A stretch of 53,524 bases of DNA, from the IMG/VR virus record IMGVR_UViG_3300013016_000004, positions 1 to 53,524 of that record. One strand, written 5' to 3'. The translations under genes and the position numbers were made by a program. This document shows, piece after piece, positions 46,606 to 53,524 of this stretch. Position 1 is the stretch's first letter, and each line of letters opens with the position of its first letter. Source of the stretch: a virus (Duplodnaviria > Caudoviricetes). The notes under the pieces were generated by a model, which worked only from the letters and a program-made list of their open reading frames with translations, was not told the origin of the DNA and did no database searches.

Positions 46606-46616
46606 TGTTCAGCCTC

Positions 46617-46931
46617 CTATTTCAGAATTCCTCGCTCGATTCGGTTGATGATGGTTTCGAGACGGGCGCGATTGAACTCTTCGTCAAGGTAGACGCCAGC
46701 AGGTAGGTCTTCGTATGCTCTTTCGTCAAAACACTTATGGCAGCTAGAACACATATCAGCAGCGGCGTGGTCGTCATCCTTCATCGCCATGCCTGCTCCG
46801 TTTCTGTGGGCTAGAACCGTTGTCTCAGTATTGCCGTTGCAGACTCCCGACAGGCGCATGGTGCATGGTTGCCCCTTGGCGGCGTCGCGGTATTTTTTTG
46901 ACTGCCAGCGTTTTTTCTTCGGGAACATCAT
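46617..46931 (-). CDS. DUF1364/YbcO-like nuclease-fold protein
   Basis: AAKGQPCT.RL.GVC..TTVLAH, CSSCH..FD. Confidence 0.75.
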   Translation of the reverse strand: MMFPKKKRWQSKKYRDAAKGQPCTMRLSGVCNGNTETTVLAHRNGAGMAMKDDDHAAADMCSSCHKCFDERAYEDLPAGVYLDEEFNRARLETIINRIERGILK

Positions 46932-47107
46932 TGCGGCCTCCCATGTACCGGCCAATCACGATTAATGTTTTCCTCGCGGCTTCGGTCTTTCATACATTGC
47001 TTGTGAAGAATGCGGAGGTGACCCTCGATCTTGGCCTCGGCAAAGTGATTGCCGCGCAACTTCCTGCCGCACTCCCAGCAAAAACGGACTCTTGGTTTTT
47101 CGCTCAT
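46928..47107 (-). CDS. Hypothetical 59-aa protein (FCWECGRKL..LHKQC)
   Basis: Translated by hand; ATGA overlaps on both sides. Confidence 0.55.
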   Translation of the reverse strand: MSEKPRVRFCWECGRKLRGNHFAEAKIEGHLRILHKQCMKDRSREENINRDWPVHGRPQ

Positions 47108-47613
47108 GCCGCCATAGCCTCCCGATAAACATCGTCAGGTCGCGGAAGCATAATCCCGAGGCTTGCCGCGACTCGCTCGATTTCGTTTAAAAATTCCGTC
47201 ATCTGGTCAACCGTTGCTTTCGTGGTTGAGGTCAGCACCGTGACCTGCTTCGCCATCGTTTCAGCCTGCGCTTTCATCCCATGCCGGTGCACTTCACGAA
47301 CCGCCTCGATCATGCCCGCATAGTCCGGGTCGTCGCGTTCGTAGATCGGCACCAGGAAGCGGCGTTTGTTGCGTTCGTGGACTTCTTCTTTCGACTCCCC
47401 GAGTTCGGCACCAATGATGGTATTCCAGAGCCACATAAGCCTGTGTTGAGAGGCTGAGCGGTTCTTCTTGTGCGCCACCACCCGCAATTCCATGACCGGC
47501 TCAAGTGGAAGGTTGCGCAAGACTTCAAAGGAGCGTTTGCGGTCGGCTTCGGTGCGCAGGATGATCTTCATTTTTCGACCGTGAAAATTTTCGACGCTTT
47601 TTCTCATGGTCAT
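47104..47613 (-). CDS. NinB-like recombination protein
   Basis: RS..Q..L.W.W, STTK....M.EFL..IE...A..GI.LP. Confidence 0.7.
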   Translation of the reverse strand: MTMRKSVENFHGRKMKIILRTEADRKRSFEVLRNLPLEPVMELRVVAHKKNRSASQHRLMWLWNTIIGAELGESKEEVHERNKRRFLVPIYERDDPDYAGMIEAVREVHRHGMKAQAETMAKQVTVLTSTTKATVDQMTEFLNEIERVAASLGIMLPRPDDVYREAMAA

Positions 47614-47694
47614 TCCTCCTTTATTCGGTACGCGGTGTCCGCAGGGGCCGCGCCTCCCTTGACAAAAGTGGCAGCTGACTTGCCGTGCCAGCAA

Positions 47695-47778
47695 TTAACC
47701 GTAGCCGTCGCCGCCGTCTCCGTCGCCGTAGCCGTCGATGCCGTAGCCGTCGCCGTAGCCGTAGCCGTCGCCGATCAT
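47695..47778 (-). CDS. 27-aa Gly/Asp/Tyr repeat peptide (MIGDGYGYGDGYGIDGYGDGDGGDGYG)
   Basis: GGAGG RBS; TAATG coupling with upstream gene. Confidence 0.55.
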   Translation of the reverse strand: MIGDGYGYGDGYGIDGYGDGDGGDGYG

Positions 47779-48071
47779 TACCAACCTCCGTTCACAGCGA
47801 TTGTCAGGATAGGCCTCGTTTTTACAGTTCCATATTCGTCAAATACTGTTTTTTCGGTCGGGCCGTTCGTAAGCTCCCCAAGCCCTTTTGACGTTCCCCA
47901 CCGACGGATGTTTTTAGCATTATGAATTGTCATGGTTCCGTCTTCGTGCCTTTCGCAGTCTCCGACAAAGACCCATCCGCGATCCGCTGCGACGATCATT
48001 TTTTCGGTCTTGCCTTTGACAACCTGGACGTACTCAACTCCGTTTACCGTAATTTTTCCCGCTTCGTTCAT
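47778..48071 (-). CDS. Hypothetical protein (DUF6948-like)
   Basis: DRGWVFVG, NA.NIRRWGT.KGLGEL..GP. Confidence 0.7.
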   Translation of the reverse strand: MNEAGKITVNGVEYVQVVKGKTEKMIVAADRGWVFVGDCERHEDGTMTIHNAKNIRRWGTSKGLGELTNGPTEKTVFDEYGTVKTRPILTIAVNGGW

Positions 48072-48115
48072 TGTTGTATCTCCTTGTTGTGTTGTTGGGT
48101 TTGAGCGTGACCTGA

Positions 48116-48574
48116 TTACTTCCGGTACTCACGCCATGCGGGGAGCACGGCGAAAGGGATGTCATCGTCCGGATTAAAAGGAGTCTCATCGAATCCGCCG
48201 CCCGATTCATTGGGTTGCTGCGCCGGTCGTTGTTCGCGCTGGCCGTCATCGCGGGCGCCGAGCATCTGCATGTCGCTTAAAACAACTTCGGTCGTGTATT
48301 TGTCCTTCCCGTCTCTGTCTTGCCACTTGCGCGTTGTGAGCTTGCCTTCGATATATACTTGCTTGCCTTTGTGCAAAAAACGCGAACAGACTTCCGCAAG
48401 CCCTCGCCAAGCCACGATGTTGACAAACTCAACCTTCTCCTGCTGCTGTCCGTTGCGGTCCTTGTATCGCTCGTTGCAGGCGATGGAGAAATTACAGACG
48501 GGCGTGTCTCCGGCCAGTCTCAATTCAGGATCGCGGGTAAGATTTCCGATGCCGATCCACTTGTTGACGCTCAT
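48116..48574 (-). CDS. ssb: Single-stranded DNA-binding protein
   Basis: SVNK...IGNL.RDPE, KG.QVYIEG.L.TRKW, DDDIPF. Confidence 0.95.
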   Translation of the reverse strand: MSVNKWIGIGNLTRDPELRLAGDTPVCNFSIACNERYKDRNGQQQEKVEFVNIVAWRGLAEVCSRFLHKGKQVYIEGKLTTRKWQDRDGKDKYTTEVVLSDMQMLGARDDGQREQRPAQQPNESGGGFDETPFNPDDDIPFAVLPAWREYRK

Positions 48575-49290
48575 TGTGCTTTCCTTTCTTCAAGCGCGCC
48601 TTGCAGCACGCCGAGTCCGTGAGTTGAAATCTTGCCGTCCTTGAGGTCTTTCAGCGCAACCTTGCCGCCGCTGTTGGACTTGAGCCAGCCGTCAATGTCG
48701 AGGTCTTTGTCAGCGCAGAAAGCGGTCAGCGTGTCGATGAAATCATCAATGTCGCTTTTCTTAGCGAGGTTCTTTGCCTGGTGTGGGCCATTGCTGCGCG
48801 GTTGCGGCTTTTCGCCTTTCGGCAGCGCCCATGCAGGCAGTTGAGGCGGATCCCATTTCATAGCAGCAAGGTTCTTTTTCGCATCCTTGCCCGCATAGTT
48901 CTGACCGCCGCTGTGGATGTTGGCCCACCCTTGGTCTAGGTCGTAGAGGTAGCGCCCGATTCCCCATTGCACCGCTGCACGCTTCATGGCACCAGAAAGC
49001 CCACCCTTGGTCGCTTCAATCTGGCTCTCCTGCGCCCCGTCCCATTTTGTGACCCACTCGTCACCGATACGGATAGACAGACCGCATAGGAAAGCTCCTG
49101 GAATCTGAGTGTATTCGTTGCGCCAGTTTTCAGGACCGCATACATTGTCGAGCCGGTCTTGAATTGCGCGGTTTGTAACGTATGCGAGTACCTTCGCCCA
49201 CTGCTCACCGTTGCCCTTTGCTCCGCGCTCAGCAATACGCCACTCGATGTCTTCAGCCGGAAATGGCTGTTTAAGTTCCTTTAAGTTCAT
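48571..49290 (-). CDS. Rad52/Sak-family single-strand annealing protein
   Basis: PF...DIEWR, LAYV..RAI..RLD.V.G, KG..S.A.KRAAV.WGIGRYLY. Confidence 0.9.
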   Translation of the reverse strand: MNLKELKQPFPAEDIEWRIAERGAKGNGEQWAKVLAYVTNRAIQDRLDNVCGPENWRNEYTQIPGAFLCGLSIRIGDEWVTKWDGAQESQIEATKGGLSGAMKRAAVQWGIGRYLYDLDQGWANIHSGGQNYAGKDAKKNLAAMKWDPPQLPAWALPKGEKPQPRSNGPHQAKNLAKKSDIDDFIDTLTAFCADKDLDIDGWLKSNSGGKVALKDLKDGKISTHGLGVLQGALEERKAQ

Positions 49291-50066
49291 GCCGCCCTCC
49301 TAAATGCTTCTGCCGGGTCGTAGTTTTTCTGCAACTTCCACAGTGCGAAGGCGTGCTTAAACATCTCCCACCCTCGGTCCAGTTCTTCCGGATCCCAATG
49401 CTTGGCAACCACCAGACCCGGTTCCGTTACGCTGATATAAATATTCACCCCTTCGGCCTGCGACATCCCGAAGCCTTCCCGGTACGCGGCAAGCTGCATG
49501 GCCTGTTCGTCAAAGCCGCTTATCTTGTCGCCGGATGAAAATTCTTTGGTCTTGAAGTCAACCACCACCCCTTCAAGGCTGTGCAGATCGCACTTGCCTC
49601 CATATCCGAGCGGGTGGGAAAAGGACCGCTCAGCCCGCCAATATTCGTAAGGCAGGATGCGGTCAATTGCTTCAAAGGTCGCCTTGACGAAAGGGATGTC
49701 TTGCTCTTCATACGGCAGGCCCAGGAACGCGCACTCAATGCTTGCGTGAATCCGTGTGCCGCGCTCTGCCGCCTGCTTCGCCTGTTCTGCCGCGTCTCGC
49801 TCAACGCGCTTTGCGTAGTCGTCGAGGCTTTCACCATCAATCATCGGCAACGTCAATGCGCTGTGCAGGATGTTGGTCTGCTTCCACCGTTCAAGTCCGG
49901 GTTTCGCCAAAACTTTAAGGATGGTGGTGACTGAAGGCACAAGGCCCATCTTTCTGGCATCCCGCACCGTTGTGGGGCGCATACCGTCGCCCTTGGCTTT
50001 CTTGACCTCATACGCAGGTTTTCCTTCGAGGTCATACCAATGCCCGGCTTCTGTCGCACCCATCAC
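49287..50066 (-). CDS. PD-(D/E)XK exonuclease
   Basis: PSVTTIL, RGT.IH, GYGG..D, VVDFKT, QLAAY. Confidence 0.85.
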   Translation of the reverse strand: MMGATEAGHWYDLEGKPAYEVKKAKGDGMRPTTVRDARKMGLVPSVTTILKVLAKPGLERWKQTNILHSALTLPMIDGESLDDYAKRVERDAAEQAKQAAERGTRIHASIECAFLGLPYEEQDIPFVKATFEAIDRILPYEYWRAERSFSHPLGYGGKCDLHSLEGVVVDFKTKEFSSGDKISGFDEQAMQLAAYREGFGMSQAEGVNIYISVTEPGLVVAKHWDPEELDRGWEMFKHAFALWKLQKNYDPAEAFRRAA

Positions 50067-50344
50067 GCCACCTCCCCACCAAGCTCTTTCATCTCGTTTT
50101 GTATCCGCTCAAGCGTCCGCATATTTTCCGCACGCTTGAGCGCCACAAGATCCGTAGCTGCTAGTTCGTCCTCCGAGCAGATGTTTGTTCCGTAACAAAT
50201 CTCGTAATCCCACAGCCATACACGGATCGGTGAGTTGTGGCGGAATCCGTCGCGGTGACGCTCCGGCTCTGCCTCAACTTTGTAGCAGCGATGTTCCGGC
50301 TTCTCGTTGCGCCATTGCTCTAATTTCTCTATTGTCAATCCCAT
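50063..50344 (-). CDS. Hypothetical protein
   Basis: GGAG RBS; coupled to the exonuclease gene. Confidence 0.5.
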   Translation of the reverse strand: MGLTIEKLEQWRNEKPEHRCYKVEAEPERHRDGFRHNSPIRVWLWDYEICYGTNICSEDELAATDLVALKRAENMRTLERIQNEMKELGGEVA

Positions 50345-50403
50345 CTCCGTAATCCTTTCTGAAAAAACCCCGCCCCCGCCAGGAGGGTGCGTAGGGCGGG
50401 TAA

Positions 50404-50613
50404 TCAATAATCGTATTGCGGCTCCCACCTGTGGCCGCGCTCGGTTTTCGGCTCAGCCCCGCAGCAGACGGACTCCCAATGATGGGCGCGGTAGGTTGCG
50501 ACTGTTCCGCCCGGCCCGTCATAATCAAAAGAGTCGTCAATGCATGTGACCTCGCAGGGCTCGCCGCAGTCTTCGCATATCGCTTCGTGTTCGTTTGCCA
50601 GATAAGCCCTCAT
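50404..50613 (-). CDS. Hypothetical Cys-containing protein
   Basis: GGAGG RBS; CEDC..S.CCGA. Confidence 0.55.
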   Translation of the reverse strand: MRAYLANEHEAICEDCGEPCEVTCIDDSFDYDGPGGTVATYRAHHWESVCCGAEPKTERGHRWEPQYDY

Positions 50614-50683
50614 GCTCACCTCCACATCTGCGCCGCGATCAGCAAAAGCAGTCCGACACACAGCGCCACGCCAAAAACCTGCT

Positions 50684-50839
50684 CTAGCCGATCCATGACA
50701 TGACCTCGTAAGCAAACCAGATCAGACTGGCCAACGCCGCCGCTCCAACCGCGATAAGCACAGCTGTCAGCAGAATGCCAGCTGCACCAGCTGCCTCGAT
50801 CCCGCGAGGCTTCTCGTTATCTACGTCAAGATCAATCAT
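50684..50839 (-). CDS. Small membrane protein
   Basis: Long hydrophobic stretch; ATGA overlap. Confidence 0.45.
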   Translation of the reverse strand: MIDLDVDNEKPRGIEAAGAAGILLTAVLIAVGAAALASLIWFAYEVMSWIG

Positions 50840-50994
50840 GCCTTCCCCCTTTTGATCCCGAGGCGCTTCCACTCGCGCTCCGTGTGCTCGCGCAAAACCT
50901 CCTCGACCTCTTCCCGCAACGACGTTTTTTTCGTCGCCGCGATGACTTTCAGACGCCAGTGCAGGTCGTCTTTGATGTGTAGCGATGCTGTCAT
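50836..50994 (-). CDS. Ribbon-helix-helix (Arc/ParG-like) regulator, 52 aa
   Basis: MTASLHIKDDLHWRLKVIAATKKTSLREEVEEVL; GGAGG RBS; first gene of the leftward operon. Confidence 0.75.
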   Translation of the reverse strand: MTASLHIKDDLHWRLKVIAATKKTSLREEVEEVLREHTEREWKRLGIKRGKA

Positions 50995-51022
50995 TTTTAC
51001 CTCCGTTTTGTGTTGTGATGAA

Positions 51023-51051
51023 ACGATATACCCAACCTCTCAAACTGTCAA
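51023..51051 (-). promoter_or_regulatory. Leftward early promoter
   Basis: TTGACA-17-TATCGT on - strand. Confidence 0.6.
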
Positions 51052-51163
51052 TCGGTATTTTTACCTTTTTATATTTTTATAGTTGACAGGCGAGGGTTTA
51101 CTGATCGGCGATAAACGGTAAAGGATAGGCTTCGGCCTGCGACACTATATCTGCGTAAAAATC

Positions 51164-51194
51164 AAGACGCTCCTGCGGGGGGGCGTCTTTTTTT
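51164..51194 (+). terminator. Intrinsic terminator in the divergence region
   Basis: AAGACGCTCC..GGGGCGTCTT followed by a T-run. Confidence 0.75.
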
Positions 51195-51216
51195 GTGCAA
51201 AAACACGCATTTACCC

Positions 51217-51245
51217 TTGATTGCCAACTTTTCGCGGGGTAGAAT
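51217..51245 (+). promoter_or_regulatory. Rightward promoter
   Basis: TTGATT-17-TAGAAT. Confidence 0.55.
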
Positions 51246-51275
51246 AGACAAACCCGAGACGAAAGGGACGCGCGT

Positions 51276-51683
51276 ATGCAGTCAGTCGCTTTGCAATCCG
51301 AGGGTGTGACCCGAGGGGATGAGCGAGAAGAGATTGAAAAGGATCTGCACTGTCCGCAGATGCCTGGATTTCTCAACTACTGGATGAAGATATGCCTTGA
51401 GCGGCAGAAACTTGGCGGCGGGTGCCGGGGGACCAATTGCCCTTCAGGAAAGCAGGTCAAGGCAATGCTTGAGCGAAAGTATGTCAAGTCGTATTCGTTC
51501 AGGACGTCCGACGAGCTTAAATGCAAATGCGGGGCCCCGGCCCTGGCCGAAGACCTGATGGAGAAATGGGGCGTGGAAGAACCGCGCTGCATTCGCTGCA
51601 ACCGAATGGTGAGGCTGGAACAGAAACGCCGCCGCGCGCGGGAGAGCTACCGGAGGAATCATGGCTGTAAGTCCAGTAAATGA
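51276..51683 (+). CDS. Hypothetical Cys-rich protein
   Basis: ORF after promoter; several Cys pairs. Confidence 0.5.
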   Translation: MQSVALQSEGVTRGDEREEIEKDLHCPQMPGFLNYWMKICLERQKLGGGCRGTNCPSGKQVKAMLERKYVKSYSFRTSDELKCKCGAPALAEDLMEKWGVEEPRCIRCNRMVRLEQKRRRARESYRRNHGCKSSK

Positions 51684-52005
51684 CCCTGTGAACAACCCGA
51701 AGCATTACACCTCTTCGCCCGCTCGTTGTGAATGTGGCCGGCAGATCGAGTGCATCCAAATTACGGAACACATGAGCTTCCCGGTAGGGTCGGCGACAAA
51801 GTATCTATGGCGCGCAGACCTCAAAGACGATCCGATTGAAGACCTGAAAAAAGCCGCATGGTATATCAACCGCGAGATTGCCCGTAGGCAGAAAGGTGGG
51901 TATGTTTCATGGAAGATGCCGACTTTGGATGACATTCGTGCAGATATCAGGCCGACGGAAGACGATACGCGGTCGGTGGTGCTGGACGAGCCGGGGAGAC
52001 AATGA
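51661..52005 (+). CDS. DUF3310 (SaV-like) protein
   Basis: DPVN.P.HY, IECI, KY.WRA..K...EDLKKA.WY. Confidence 0.85.
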   Translation: MAVSPVNDPVNNPKHYTSSPARCECGRQIECIQITEHMSFPVGSATKYLWRADLKDDPIEDLKKAAWYINREIARRQKGGYVSWKMPTLDDIRADIRPTEDDTRSVVLDEPGRQ

Positions 52006-52283
52006 ATAGCGATGAGATTACAAAGGTTCTAGGTTGCACGTGGAGAAGAGCCCGCGCCCCATCCTCCGACACTCTTCTTGATCTCAAAAAACGTGACCGA
52101 ATCGCCGCGCAATGCCGTGGGAAGAAAAGACACGCGACGTCAGACGGCGCAAAAGTTGAAGCGAAGATGGCAGATGCTTTCCTTGATATTTACTTCTGTG
52201 AACACTGCGGATATTACCATGTTGGCAAGAATAGAGAGCGACACAAGGTTGTGCAGAAAAGGCGGCGGAAAACTAAGAAGTGA
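52002..52283 (+). CDS. Hypothetical protein
   Basis: C.GK.R, Y.C..CG.YHVG motif. Confidence 0.6.
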   Translation: MNSDEITKVLGCTWRRARAPSSDTLLDLKKRDRIAAQCRGKKRHATSDGAKVEAKMADAFLDIYFCEHCGYYHVGKNRERHKVVQKRRRKTKK

Positions 52284-52361
52284 TTGACGCGCCATGCCTC
52301 TGATGCAAGCACACTTTGGCGCGTAGTTTCAATGGGCGCAATTTTAAGTGAGGGACGAATT

Positions 52362-52562
52362 ATGAACGAAGAGAGAATGCTGAAATGGTTTGAGTTTGGA
52401 CACCTGCCGGAACATCTTCAAACTGTTTCTTCAGGCTTTCATGAGCTGGCGTGTTCAATGTGCGCCCTGGTGGACTCCGGGCCTGAGCGCACCGTTGCGT
52501 TGCGTAAACTGCTAGAAGCAAAAGACGCAGCCGTGCGTGCGAAGCTGAACCCAGGATGCTGA
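52362..52562 (+). CDS. Small helical-hairpin phage protein
   Basis: F...HLP.HLQ.VS..F..LA and GPERTVALRKLLEAKDAAVRA. Confidence 0.7.
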   Translation: MNEERMLKWFEFGHLPEHLQTVSSGFHELACSMCALVDSGPERTVALRKLLEAKDAAVRAKLNPGC

Positions 52563-52598
52563 TCGAACGTAGGATGCAGCACACGACTGGAGGCAGGC

Positions 52599-52901
52599 AT
52601 GAGCGGTAAGGTTATCGCCCTGGACGAGAAACGCAACTCCGGCCCCTACCTAAGCGCATGGGCCGAATGCGGGCACTGTGGGCACGGCTGGGCGGCGGTT
52701 TCCCCCATTGGTGTCATCAGAGGGCTTGAGTGTCCAAGCTGTGGCATCCCGGCCGGCCACATTTCAGTTGAGATTGAACCTGATGAAGGAATCAGCCTCT
52801 ACACCTGCCAGTGTGGGAGCCAGACATATTTCGCAAGGCCGGATGGTGTTATGTGCCGGAGTTGTGGCATTGTTCATGCCTACGACGCGCTGGATGAGTG
52901 A
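52599..52901 (+). CDS. Double zinc-ribbon protein
   Basis: CGHC, CPSC, CQC, CRSC; GGAGG RBS. Confidence 0.65.
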   Translation: MSGKVIALDEKRNSGPYLSAWAECGHCGHGWAAVSPIGVIRGLECPSCGIPAGHISVEIEPDEGISLYTCQCGSQTYFARPDGVMCRSCGIVHAYDALDE

Positions 52902-53012
52902 ACAACGCACCAAGCAGTAAAAAGCCCCGGTGAGTGCCGGGGAGACCCTCCCATCTTTCTTCCATCCCCCGCAGAATTTCACCTTTTCCCCACAGTTGCA
53001 GATAATTAGAGC

Positions 53013-53524
53013 ATGAGCCAGAAACTTACACAAAAGCAGGAACTGTTTTGTCTTGCGTATGTCGAGACGGGTAATGCGAGCGAAGCCTACCGGCGTGCGT
53101 ATAACGCTGAGAATATGGTTGAAGCTACGGTGTGGCGCAGAGCCTGCGAATTGATGGACAACAGCAAGGTTAAGGCAAGGATAGCGGAGCTCAGGGCTGC
53201 TGTGAGTAAGCGCGCTGAGGTTGATGCCTCTTATGTCCTCCACCGCCTCAAGTCTATTGACGAGATGGACATTGGCGACATCTTGAACGACGACTGGACG
53301 CTCAAGCCCCTGAGTGAGTGGCCCAAGACCTGGCGCACCTATCTTTCATCGTTTGACGTGCAGGAGGTGCGCGCAGGACAGAGCGACCCGGAGAACGCGA
53401 TTGCCTTTCTGAAGAAGATCAAATGGCCGGACAAGCTAAAAAATATTGAGTTGCTTGGCAAGCATGTTGCCGTCAACGCTTTCAAGGAGGCCGTCGATCA
53501 CACAAGTTCTGACCGCTCGATGAC
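53013..53524 (+). CDS. terS: Terminase small subunit (runs off the window end)
   Basis: Translated by hand: LT.KQE.FC..Y..TGNASEAYRRAY, KP..EWP, KIKWPDK.K..ELLGKH, DHTSSD.SM. Confidence 0.92.
   Translation, partial: MSQKLTQKQELFCLAYVETGNASEAYRRAYNAENMVEATVWRRACELMDNSKVKARIAELRAAVSKRAEVDASYVLHRLKSIDEMDIGDILNDDWTLKPLSEWPKTWRTYLSSFDVQEVRAGQSDPENAIAFLKKIKWPDKLKNIELLGKHVAVNAFKEAVDHTSSDRSM

Noticed and set aside
1-53524. tRNA, rRNA, integrase or tnpA genes
   Set aside because: None recognised by eye or in the ORF track; tRNAscan and HMM searches would be needed to exclude them formally

Overview
The window looks like a complete or near-complete, probably circular ~53.5 kb tailed-phage genome opened at the terS/terL boundary. 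The + strand (1-33427) carries TerL, portal, scaffold, major capsid, adaptor/tail/fibre genes, ejection-type genes including a 3303-aa large polyvalent protein, and an amidase/holin/spanin lysis module, which points to a podovirus-like phage of a Gram-negative host. The - strand (33669-50994) carries accessory, DNA-modification, replication (initiator, primase-helicase) and recombination (SSB, Rad52/Sak, PD-(D/E)XK exonuclease) genes. A short + strand block ends in terS. I found no integrase or CI-type repressor. Most notable: (1) an integrase-less array of integron-like cassettes at 33619-34700, with attC-like sites, complementary cassette ends and genes inverted relative to attC; (2) an 899-bp IS605-ended element that keeps its omegaRNA-like right end but has tnpB replaced by an oppositely oriented HNH nuclease; (3) an intact tnpB-only IS; (4) a TerL fused to a second, apparently catalytically dead nuclease domain; (5) a 47-aa stand-alone NrdD glycyl-radical-loop protein; (6) three repeated RNA hairpins ahead of the scaffold gene; (7) a C5 methyltransferase with a nested out-of-frame beta subunit and an intein-containing SNF2-methylase fusion. 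All family calls come from reading motifs by eye; no database searches were run.
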